From contig CAMCVS010000001.1 of assembly GCA_945881965.1 (NCBI GenBank), positions 41,402-105,401 on the forward strand: a stretch of DNA of 64,000 nt, in the 5' to 3' direction. Shown here in pieces: positions 39,446-47,586 of this stretch (its first letter is position 1; each line of letters begins with the position of its first letter). The position numbers and the translations under genes are program-made. The notes below the pieces were generated by a model that was given only the letters and a program-made list of their open reading frames with translations, did not search any database and was not told the origin of the DNA. The DNA is from Paracoccus haematequi (GTDB lineage Bacteria; Pseudomonadota; Alphaproteobacteria; Rhodobacterales; Rhodobacteraceae).

Positions 39446-39925
39446 CTATGACGCCACATCCAAGTTTGGCTTTGTCGCCGGTAATGCTGCCAGCGCGGCT
39501 GCACGGTTTGCAGCGTCTTTCGCAATCTCGTCAGCCCATGCGTCAGGGGACAGACCCATAAGCAGACCTTCCTTGAAGATAATGCCATCCTTGTTCGATT
39601 GCATGGCCGCTTCAAAGAGGTTGAACACCGCAGCGAGTTGTAACTTTGCAGCGGCGAGTGAACACAGGCGAACAAGCCGACTTTGGCTTACCGCATGGTG
39701 GGCGTCACCAAAAACCAGCCAGTCCACCGGCACACCGAACCCATCTGCCATCCTGGCCAACACTTCGACACTTGGCACCTGTGGCGAAGATTTGCGCATG
39801 TAGTTTTCCAAAGACCGTTTCGGCAAGTTTGCCAGAGCGGCCATCTCACTGACAGTCCAATCGTTCTGAGCCTGGAGCTTTCGCAACCGGGCCGCGAATT
39901 CTTCGGGTGTGTAGCTGAAGGTCAT
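39446..39925 (-). CDS. XRE/Mu c-type HTH repressor
   Basis: WTVSEMAALANLPKRSLENYMRKSSPQVPSVEVLARMADGFGVPVDWLVFGD is an HTH_XRE domain. It is divergent from the ner-like gene across a 40-bp region. Confidence 0.8.
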   Translation of the reverse strand: MTFSYTPEEFAARLRKLQAQNDWTVSEMAALANLPKRSLENYMRKSSPQVPSVEVLARMADGFGVPVDWLVFGDAHHAVSQSRLVRLCSLAAAKLQLAAVFNLFEAAMQSNKDGIIFKEGLLMGLSPDAWADEIAKDAANRAAALAALPATKPNLDVAS

Positions 39926-39953
39926 TGTCTGCCGCTTTATAGGGTGGTTATAT

Positions 39954-39969
39954 CCACTCAATCGAGTGG
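39954..39969. promoter_or_regulatory. Inverted repeat in the repressor/ner divergent control region
   Basis: CCACTC-AATC-GAGTGG overlaps the GTG start of the ner-like gene. An adjacent GTGG-TTATAT-CCAC holds a -10-like TATAT. Confidence 0.3.
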
Positions 39970-40187
39970 TTTTTGGAGCGCGCATTACTGTATCAGAGGC
40001 TTTTCTTTTCCGCCAGAGACGGGTTCGCGCGGGCTTTGTTGCAAAGGGAACGAGCCTTGCTGAATGGTGTGAGAAGCGCGGCCTAAAGCATCCCAACGTC
40101 CACAAGGCATTGATGGGCCAGTGGCAAGGCCCTAAGGCATCTGCCATCGTGGAAGAAGTTCTTGCCGCCTCTTGGGTGGAAGAATGA
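39966..40187 (+). CDS. Ner/Nlp-like DNA-binding protein
   Basis: 73 aa. VRAGFVAKGTSLAEWCEKRGLKHPNVHKALMGQWQGPKASAIVEEVL parallels the Mu Ner / E. coli Nlp layout. Its position between the repressor and the transposase fits. GTG start. Confidence 0.6.
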   Translation: MVFGARITVSEAFLFRQRRVRAGFVAKGTSLAEWCEKRGLKHPNVHKALMGQWQGPKASAIVEEVLAASWVEE

Positions 40188-42120
40188 CACTTGTTAAGGT
40201 CAAGTCGCTTTCTGGCCTTGCCGGGCTTCCTACACGCTGTCGCAATGTCGGGAATTGGCTAAAGTCGCGGCAAATCAACACCATCGAAGTTGAGAGTGTC
40301 GGCGGTCCCGCCCACGCGGTCCACCTGACAGACCTGCCCGAAGACGTTCAGCGCGCATGGCGGATGCGTGATCTGGCGGCGGCGGGGCTGGATCAGGGGG
40401 CGTTTGATGACGCAGCGTGGCAAGCCTATTATGAAGCCCCGCCGCGCATGCGGGCCAAGGCCGAAGGGCGGGCCAAGCTGGCGCGGTTTCTGGTGACAGA
40501 GGGACGGGCGCTGTCGTGGTCGCAAAAGACCGCCGAGGCGGCGCGACGGTTCGGGCCGGTGGGCACATCGACGGACAGCCTGCAAAGGATTGCCAAGGCG
40601 GTTGAAGGGGTTGCGCCGATCAATTTCGCCCCGGCGCTCTTGTCGGACTATCCCTGCCAAGCCTTTAACAAGGTGGATATTTCGCCTGAAGCATGGGCGT
40701 TCTTCCTGACGACCTTGCGCGATGCAGGGGCGGAATTCCCATCAAATCAGCTTGGCGCGATGTGCGGGACGTGGCGACGGCGCGGGACTGGACTTGGCCC
40801 GCTTATGAGACGGTGTTGGCGCGGTTCAATGCCTTGCCACCTTCGGAACGGCTGTATCTTCGGCACGGGCGCGAAGAAGCAGCGCGCCGCCTGTCGATCC
40901 AGGCCGGGCGTGACAAGACGACGATTGCGCCGCTGGAATGGGTATCGCTTGACGGTCGGAAGCTGGATTTCTGGGTGGACTTCGGCGACGGCAAGGCGGT
41001 GCGCCCGATCATGCTGGCCTTGGTGGACGTGGCATCGAACAAAGTCATTGGCTATGAATTGGCGGCATCCGAAAACGCGGTGGCTACGTCGCGGCTGATC
41101 CGGGCAACTGTCCAGAAATACGGGATTTTCAAACGCATCTACACCGACAACGGGTCGGCCTTTGCCGGTCATCTGATGGCGGGTGGCAATGTCCACAAAT
41201 GGCGGGGCAAGCGTGGCGCAGATCAGGGGGTCAAGCCGCCGGGGGTCTGTTCGCTGCTGGGGATCGCGATGCACTTTGCGCTGCCGCGCAATGGGCAAGC
41301 GAAGATCGCGGAACGGTTCTTTGCAAACGCATCGCGCCAGATAGATGACCGACCCGATTTCAAGGGTGGGCATGTCGGGCACAAACCCGGCGAAGCGCCC
41401 CCCGCCGGGGTTGTGCCTGTGCCGATTGAGGTAGCCAGCCGTGTGATCGAACGGGAGATCGCCCGCCACAATCTCGAGCAAGGGCGGCGCGCGGATGGGG
41501 CCAAGGGCCGCTCCTATGCCGAGGTATTTGAAGACGGGTTGAAGCGCCGGATCAAGAAACCGGCACCAGCTCATCAACTCTATCTCGCCTCGCTGATCTA
41601 CAAGCCGGTTTCTGTGGACCGGAACGGGCAAGTCAAGGTGGATGGGTGGGTCTATGGCGGGCCAAAAACGCAAGACGATCTTTTGCGCTGGCACGGCAAG
41701 GGGCAGATATTGGTGGGGCGCGACCCCGACGATTTCACCGCGCCCGCTATCGCCTATGACGCAGACGGGCACTTGATCTGTGTGGATATCCAGCCGATGC
41801 AGGCCGGGGAATATGGCAGCGTGGACGGGGCGCGGGTCGCTGCGCGCAACCGCAAGGCGGCGCGGGCGGTGGTGGCCAAGTCGGCACAGGCCGACAAGTT
41901 CCTGTCAGATCAGGCCTTTGCCGATGCGCTGGAAGCAATCCCCACGCCGGTTGACGCCATGCCAGGGCCGGAACCCGTTGTGTCGGGCCGGTTCGGATCA
42001 CCCTTGCGCAAGGCCAAGCCAATTCCCGCCGCGTCAACAGAGGCAGTGCCCGAAGAATACCGGAGGAATTTCGATGCTCAAATCGCGGCGCTGAAGGCGC
42101 GGGGCGAGAAGATAGCATGA
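40184..42120 (+). pseudogene. MuA-like DDE transposase, interrupted by a -1 frameshift near 40738
   Basis: The N-terminal part runs in frame 2 (40184 to about 40738, ...DISPEAWAFFLTTLRDAGAEF). It continues in frame 1 (PIKSAWRDVRDVATARDWTWP...) through the rve-type core (DGRKLDFWV...YTDNGSAF) and the Mu-transposase C-terminal region. Confidence 0.8.
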
Positions 42121-42187
42121 GGAATGTTCGCACCATCCCCCATGCCGATTGCGGGGATTGACCCCGCTTCACTCAGAGGAGGCCACC

Positions 42188-42964
42188 ATGGCAGAACTGT
42201 TACAGTTTTCAAGGCCCTTGCCGGCGGATGACACGTTCATCCGGACGGCGGTGGCGGATGATATCCTTCGATCTATTGACCTTGTGCGTCACATCGAAGG
42301 CCCCGCGATGACAATGGTGTCCGGGGCACCGGGTGTCGGCAAAACCGGGACCCTTGATCACTATGCCCGGATCACCGGGGACGCGTCGATTATGATGACG
42401 GTTGCGCAAGGCGAAGGGAACCCTTCGCATCTGGCATCGGCGCTTATGGGCTACACGCCACGCGGTGTGGGCACAGACGAATTGCGACAGCCGGTCATGG
42501 GGTGTATCGGGCGGGGCCGCGTTCTATTGGTTGATGAAGCGCAACATCTTTATCAGCGTCACCGGGGCACCTGCACCAAGGGGGCCGGGTTCGAATGGCT
42601 GCGCGCCGCCAGCGCGGAAGGCGGGTTCGATGTTGCGTTCTGCGGCGACCTGACCTTGCACCGGATCATTGACGGTTTCGGGCAACTATCAAGCCGGATG
42701 CGCCGCCCGGTGATCATTCCGGGTGTTGAACCGGCGGACGTGCTGGCAAAGGAACATGCCGAAGGCATCGCCGGTGCGAACGCCAACAAACTTCTGACTG
42801 CCGCCGCGCGGTTGAAAGGCGGGCTGCGCAATGTCGAGAACGTCGCCCGCATGGCCAAACTTTTCGCAGCTGATGGCACCGTTACCGCCGGTCATATCCG
42901 GGCGGCGCTGATAGATTTGAAACTTGTGCCAAAAGGGGAAACTGACCATGCAAACGGATCATGA
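42188..42964 (+). CDS. MuB-like AAA+ transposition ATPase
   Basis: Walker A GAPGVGKT and Walker B VLLVDEAQHL. It lies immediately downstream of the transposase. AGAGGAGG RBS. Confidence 0.8.
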   Translation: MAELLQFSRPLPADDTFIRTAVADDILRSIDLVRHIEGPAMTMVSGAPGVGKTGTLDHYARITGDASIMMTVAQGEGNPSHLASALMGYTPRGVGTDELRQPVMGCIGRGRVLLVDEAQHLYQRHRGTCTKGAGFEWLRAASAEGGFDVAFCGDLTLHRIIDGFGQLSSRMRRPVIIPGVEPADVLAKEHAEGIAGANANKLLTAAARLKGGLRNVENVARMAKLFAADGTVTAGHIRAALIDLKLVPKGETDHANGS

Positions 42965-43526
42965 ATGGCGGTTGCAGCAAGCCGCTGAAGGCAAGGCGAT
43001 TTATGTGCCGGGCAAGTCGGTTGCAGAAATGCAGGCGGGGCTGAAGGCGGCAGAAAACGCCCGTATTCCTGTGGTGACGATGCTGACGCAGATGGTGGAT
43101 TTCCTTGGCAGTTGCCATGACACCTTGATCAAGGACTTCAACGCATGGCGGGATGAATTCGAAAAGGGTCTGAATAACCCGGAATTCCGCTATGCCTATT
43201 TCACCCGGCTGGAAGAAATGGACACCATGAAGCGGCGCATTGCCGACTGGCGCACCGCGCTGGACGGCGATGACACGATCACGCTGCACCTGAAGCGGGC
43301 CGAGGCGCTGGCGCTGTCTGTGTCGCTGGAAGAAATCCGCGATGCGACGGCGCGGGCCGAAGGGGCGCTGGCACTATTGGCACGGATGCTGGAAGGCGGC
43401 GACTTCGACGGTCATTCGGGTCTGGCGGATATGGCCAGCCTGTCGGCCAAGGGTATCGGCCTGTCGTTGGAACGCGAAGATGATGTGCTGAACCATCTGG
43501 CCCGTCGCCTGAAATTGGGAAGTTGA
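42948..43526 (+). CDS. Hypothetical phage early-region protein
   Basis: 192 aa, helical, overlapping the MuB stop by 17 nt. GGGGAA RBS. No family recognised. Confidence 0.55.
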   Translation: MQTDHEWRLQQAAEGKAIYVPGKSVAEMQAGLKAAENARIPVVTMLTQMVDFLGSCHDTLIKDFNAWRDEFEKGLNNPEFRYAYFTRLEEMDTMKRRIADWRTALDGDDTITLHLKRAEALALSVSLEEIRDATARAEGALALLARMLEGGDFDGHSGLADMASLSAKGIGLSLEREDDVLNHLARRLKLGS

Positions 43527-43532
43527 GGTGCA

Positions 43533-43946
43533 ATGATGATCAGCCAAAACATGATAAAACTCATTCAGACCGCCAAAAACAAGCTGGGTCTTTCGGATGG
43601 TGAATATCGGACTATTCTGGCGCGGGTGGCGAATGTCACCAGTTGCAAAGATCTTGACCGCGACGGGTTTGATGCGGTCATGGGCCTTTTCGAATGGCTG
43701 GGCTTTGAACCGCGCAAGGCGGGCGGGCCGGATTACGGCAATCGACCTGACATGGCCAGTTTCAAGCAACTGGAATTGATCCGTGCACTGTGGTTCGAAT
43801 GGACCCAAGGCGCGGGCACCAATGAAGGGCTGGCAATATGGATTGAACGGACGTTCAAGGTCACGTCACCGCGCTTTCTGACAACAGAGGCCGCGCAAAA
43901 GGCGATTGGTGCGCTGAAGGCGATGAAGGCAAACCGCGCCGCGTGA
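43533..43946 (+). CDS. GemA/gp16-like (DUF1018) Mu regulatory protein
   Basis: IKLIQTAKNKLGLSDGEYRTILARVANVTSCKDL...SFKQLELIRALW... matches the Mu gp16/GemA family pattern. Confidence 0.75.
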   Translation: MMISQNMIKLIQTAKNKLGLSDGEYRTILARVANVTSCKDLDRDGFDAVMGLFEWLGFEPRKAGGPDYGNRPDMASFKQLELIRALWFEWTQGAGTNEGLAIWIERTFKVTSPRFLTTEAAQKAIGALKAMKANRAA

Positions 43947-44416
43947 CATTGGCGGCAACCAACGGGCCACGACATGACAACGGGGAGGCACCGCAAGGAC
44001 CGCCCCGGATGCGTTTTGGCCCACAGATCAACACCCCCGAAATTTGACCGCCAGACGGGCAAGGCGATGACGTCCGCACCCGACCCCCACGAAAGGGCAG
44101 GACCCCGTTCAATTTCGCCGCGTTTCCCGTTCAATGGGCCATCAGCGCGACGGCTTGTCATGGAGCGGTCGGTGGCGTATCCATTCAACGGGGGATGACC
44201 ACGGAAATCCGGGGTCCGTGACGTCACCGAAAGGTGCTTCGAATGAGGGGACCCGACCCTCCATCCCCCGCACTGGCCCTGCACACTTCACCGCGCCCCA
44301 AATCACCCCGCTACGGTTTGCGGATGTTTCGGTTTGTTCCGGGTCCTTACGGTCGATCTCAGTTGGCGCGGATATCCCGCGCGTTCCCTGATACGCCCAG
44401 ATTGAAGGACCGCCCT

Positions 44417-45307
44417 ATGATCGTAAACACCGCAACTCTCGACCTCGTTTACCGTGGCTGGCAAGCCAAATTCAATGACGCCTATATTGCCGCGCCGTCG
44501 CATTTTGCCGATGTTGCGATGGTGGTGAACTCCACCACGACCGAAGAAAATTACGCATGGCTTGGCAGCTTTCCGCAATTGCGCGAATGGATCGGCCCAC
44601 GCCAGATCAAGAACCTGTCCGCGCATGGCTTCAAGATCGTCAATCGCGTGTTCGAAAGCGCGATTTCAATTCCGCGCGTTCGCATTGAAGATGATCAGAT
44701 CGGCATCTTCACCCCCGCCCTGACTGAAATCGGCCGCGTGACCGCGCAACACCCCGATGAATTGATTTTTGGCCTTTTGGCCAATGGTCTCACCAGCACC
44801 TGTTACGATGGCCAATCGTTCTTCGACACGGATCACCCGGTGTTCAATGCGGATGGCACGGTTGGCCTCACATCTAACATGCAGGAAGGTGCCGGTCCGG
44901 CGTGGTTCCTCCTGGACACGTCGCGCGGGGTTCGCCCGATGATCTGGCAACAACGGCTTGCCCCGGAATTTGTCGCGGTCACACGGTCAGAAGATGAAGG
45001 CGTCTTCCTGAATGACGAATATCGCTATGGAGTCCGCGCGCGCGCCAATGCCTTGTTCGGCCTGTGGCAACTGGCCTTCGCCTCGAAGGCGGCCCTCAAT
45101 GCGACCAACTATGCCGCCGCGCGCGCCGCGATGGCCAGCGTGACCGCCGATGGGGGCCGCAAGCTGGGCATCACACCGACGCATCTTGTGGTGCCGCCGG
45201 AACTGGAAAGCGATGCGCTGCATCTGCTGAACACCGAAATCAAGGATGGCGGCGGATCGAACCCTTGGAAGGGCACGGCGAAGCTGATCATCACGCCGTT
45301 CCTGTAA
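44417..45307 (+). CDS. Mu gpT-like major head subunit
   Basis: 296 aa. WLGSFPQLREWIGPRQIKNLSAHGFKIVNRVFES...HPDELIF...CYDGQSFFDTDHPV...EYRYGVRARAN is closely similar to Mu-like gpT as I recall it. GAAGGA RBS. Confidence 0.9.
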   Translation: MIVNTATLDLVYRGWQAKFNDAYIAAPSHFADVAMVVNSTTTEENYAWLGSFPQLREWIGPRQIKNLSAHGFKIVNRVFESAISIPRVRIEDDQIGIFTPALTEIGRVTAQHPDELIFGLLANGLTSTCYDGQSFFDTDHPVFNADGTVGLTSNMQEGAGPAWFLLDTSRGVRPMIWQQRLAPEFVAVTRSEDEGVFLNDEYRYGVRARANALFGLWQLAFASKAALNATNYAAARAAMASVTADGGRKLGITPTHLVVPPELESDALHLLNTEIKDGGGSNPWKGTAKLIITPFL

Positions 45308-45317
45308 GGACCGCGCC

Positions 45318-46311
45318 ATGACTGGCCTGACGCTTGCCACCTGCACCCGCGACCTGATCCCGGCACCAGACGCCCCCGAATGGGTGCATCTGTTTCCGCC
45401 GGGACGGTTTGCCGCCCGCGATGGACGCGCCTTCGAATTGGCGGACCCCGGCGCAGTCATTCTTGCCTTTCAGGGGGCCGGGGTTGATTTGCCGATTGAC
45501 TTCGAACACGCCATTGACCGGCCCGAAGTCAAGGCCGCGGGCGGACCCATCCCGGCGGCAGGCTGGATCAAGGCCATTGCCAATCGTAAGGACGGGTTGT
45601 GGGCGCAGGTCGAATGGACCGCCACCGCCCGCGCCATGATCCGCGCCAAGGAATACCGCTTCATCAGTCCGGCCTTTCTGCATGACCGCGAAGGCCGGAT
45701 TACCCGCCTCAAAGGCGCGGGGCTTGTTCACATTCCCGCGCTGCAACTCACCGCTCTTGCCAGTCAGGACCCCGCCATGACCCCCGACACCCCCGCCCAA
45801 ATGCCTGCCCCGAAATCACCGATGGAACTGCCTTTGACGGCATGGCTGATCAAGGCGCTTGGCCTGCCGGAAGATGCGACTGATGAAGCCATCCTGGACG
45901 CGCTGAAAGAGCGGTTGGGCAACGCAGAAAAACCTGACCCCAAGAAGTATGTCCCGGTCGAAGCCGTCGCGAAAATGCTGCGTGACCGTTCGGGCGAAAA
46001 GCTGGCCTTGGCTGAAACGCAGGCGACAGAAAAGGTGACGCGCGCGATGCGCGAAGGCTTCATCCCGCCCGCGTTGAAGGCCATCCCGGAAAAACTGGGC
46101 CTTTTCGCTCTGCCGGTCGGATGCCGGGTCCTTCGATGTGTTTCTTGCCAAGTCCGGGCCGATCTTCAGCAACCTGTTTCGGCCCGTGATCACCGGGCTA
46201 CCGCCTCATCAGACACCCGCCATCGCCACCAGCGATGAAGAGGCTGCACTGTGCCGGATGCTGGGCCTGCCGCCGGATCGTCTGGCCCCGGATCGTCTGA
46301 CAAAGGACTGA
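45318..46311 (+). pseudogene. Mu gpI-like prohead protease/scaffold, +1 frameshift in an A5 run (46090-46094)
   Basis: The N-terminal part (WVHLFPPGRFAARDGRAFEL...LPIDFEHA...EYRFISPAF) is in frame 0. The family-like C-terminus (NWAFSLCRSDAGSFDVFLAKSGPIFSNLF...EEAALCRMLGLPPDRL) reads only in frame 1 and stops at 46309-46311. Frame 0 turns into Arg/Cys-rich nonsense. Confidence 0.75.
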
Positions 46312-46323
46312 CCGGCCTGAAAC

Positions 46324-46353
46324 ATCCATCCGGGTGCAGGGACCCGGATGGAT
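46324..46353 (+). terminator. Strong hairpin after the protease/scaffold gene
   Basis: atccatccgggt-gcaggg-acccggatggat is a perfect 12-bp stem 13 nt after the frame-1 stop. No long U-tract. Confidence 0.45.
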
Positions 46354-46459
46354 TGGTCGGGCGTCAGCGGTTGCGCCTGATCAGTCTGGACGCCTCGCCG
46401 CAAGCCTCCTCTGGTGGCGGGGCGTTCTGGCTTCTGACCAATATCGACACGGGCATACC

Positions 46460-46834
46460 ATGACCAATGACGCCATCCCTCGGCCCGCCGTAATCCCGCG
46501 CCCGACAGCGCAGGCGGAACCCTATGTTGAGGCCCTTGGCGCAGAAACCGCCATGGCCTTCCTACTGGCGTTCGGCGGCGCGGAACTCTATCTGGGCGCG
46601 TCCCCGCGTGAGAATACCGCCTATGTGCAAGCCATCGGCCCGGATGGGGCGGCTGCGCTCTTTGCCGTCGCGCATCGGCTACAAAAGCGCGTCCCGCTGT
46701 GCGATGATTGGCTTTCCGCCATGCTGCACTGGCAGGGGCAGTCCATCAGCGGCATCGCACGACGCTTTCGGACAACGGATGTGTCCGTGCGAAAGAAACT
46801 GCGGCGCATGGCAGAACGGGACCGGGGAAGATGA
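46460..46834 (+). CDS. Mor-like / HTH transcriptional activator
   Basis: 124 aa. AFGGAELYLG ... HWQGQSISGIARRFRTTDVSVRKKLRRM parallels Mu Mor (HLGGGQVYIP ... C-terminal HTH). Assignment by resemblance only. Confidence 0.55.
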   Translation: MTNDAIPRPAVIPRPTAQAEPYVEALGAETAMAFLLAFGGAELYLGASPRENTAYVQAIGPDGAAALFAVAHRLQKRVPLCDDWLSAMLHWQGQSISGIARRFRTTDVSVRKKLRRMAERDRGR

Positions 46835-46860
46835 TGAAACGCCGCAGGTTTGGAGCGTAT

Positions 46861-46940
46861 TGTGATGTTGGGCGGGGGTCGAACCCGCATAACGTCACTT
46901 TGCAGCGACGCCTCTTACCCATTGAGGTACACCACATCAC
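46861..46940 (-). tRNA. tRNA-like sequence that I cannot fold into a canonical cloverleaf (possible pseudo-tRNA; GCA in the anticodon-like loop)
   Basis: The minus strand has a D-arm CCTC-AATGGGTAA-GAGG, a stem CGTCG/TGACG around an 8-nt loop CTGCAAAG, and a canonical T-arm GCGGG-TTCGACC-CCCGC. The outer stem is GTGATGT/ACATCAC, but extra nucleotides flank it on both sides. Confidence 0.35.
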
Positions 46941-46994
46941 GGAAACTTCGATGCCGCAAAGGCTAGCGACAATCAACTGCCATCCTGCAACTTC

Positions 46995-47378
46995 ATGACC
47001 GAAAACATCCGTGCCGCCCTCGACCGTTTGCTCGCCGCCCTGCAAGCCGGGTCCGACGTTACCGACCGCGCCATCCGCACGGCAGAGGGGCTGGCTACGG
47101 TCTTACAAGTCCCGGTTGACGCTACCATGAACACCGCGTTGAACACCGCTTCAACGCCCCGTAACCGCCACATCCCACGCGGCAAGATCGAAGCCGACGC
47201 GGCCCTTGAAGCCTTCTGCCGCGCCCATGCCCAAACCCTCACGCTGCCCAGCCTCGCCGCCGCAATCGTGAACCACTTCGGACCTGCCCGCCGGGTCAGC
47301 GTGTCCTCCATCCACCGCTGGTGGCACAGCCGGGGCAAGACACTTCCTGACCCGACAGCCGCGAATTATCAGCTATAA
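46995..47378 (+). CDS. Hypothetical protein (possible C-terminal HTH)
   Basis: 127-aa ORF in a non-overlapping position. The C-terminal LPSLAAAIVNHFGPARRVSVSSIHRWW looks HTH-like. No family recognised. Confidence 0.45.
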   Translation: MTENIRAALDRLLAALQAGSDVTDRAIRTAEGLATVLQVPVDATMNTALNTASTPRNRHIPRGKIEADAALEAFCRAHAQTLTLPSLAAAIVNHFGPARRVSVSSIHRWWHSRGKTLPDPTAANYQL

Positions 47379-47586
47379 TCAGCTAATCCCGCATTTGGTG
47401 GGCAATCGCCGCAGATTGTCTGATCTTACCACCGCAGTATGGTTGAAAGCATACAGGAGCAGCCCCCAAGACCGGCCAACCGCCGCCCATATGGGCTTGC
47501 GCGGGGGGCCGCGTTGTCTATAACCCGCAACAATTTGCGCAGCCCCGCGTGGCGCGTCGCGTTGACCGACCCTCAGGAGATGCCCC

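Larger units (their letters stand above)
39191..47380 (+). mobile_element. Mu-like transposable prophage remnant or compact Mu-like element (right boundary not determined)
   Basis: The left end begins with TG and carries repeated GCGGTAGG-type sites. It encodes a c-type repressor, Ner, MuA, MuB, GemA, gpT, gpI and a Mor-like gene. No portal, terminase, tail or lysis genes are present. Confidence 0.7.

Noticed and set aside
40733-40746. Programmed -1 ribosomal frameshifting as the explanation for the split transposase
   Set aside because: The site (GAA TTC CCA TCA) is not a classical X XXY YYZ heptamer, and I saw no downstream pseudoknot or hairpin. Mu-type transposases are not known to use recoding. 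A mutation or a homopolymer assembly error is more likely.
43733-44284. 183-aa minus-strand ORF (plus small plus-strand ORFs) in the gemA-gpT gap
   Set aside because: It has no RBS, an Arg/Pro/Gly-rich translation and no motif, and it runs against the element's transcription direction. I treat the region as non-coding.
46391-47440. Candidate right-end MuA sites (CCTCGCCGCAAGCC at 46393-46406; CGCCGCAGATTGTCTGATCTTACCACCGCA at 47408-47437)
   Set aside because: They match the inverted left-end 21-mer at only about 11/17 positions. There is no terminal CA in the right register and no AGCGC target duplication, so the right boundary is left undetermined.
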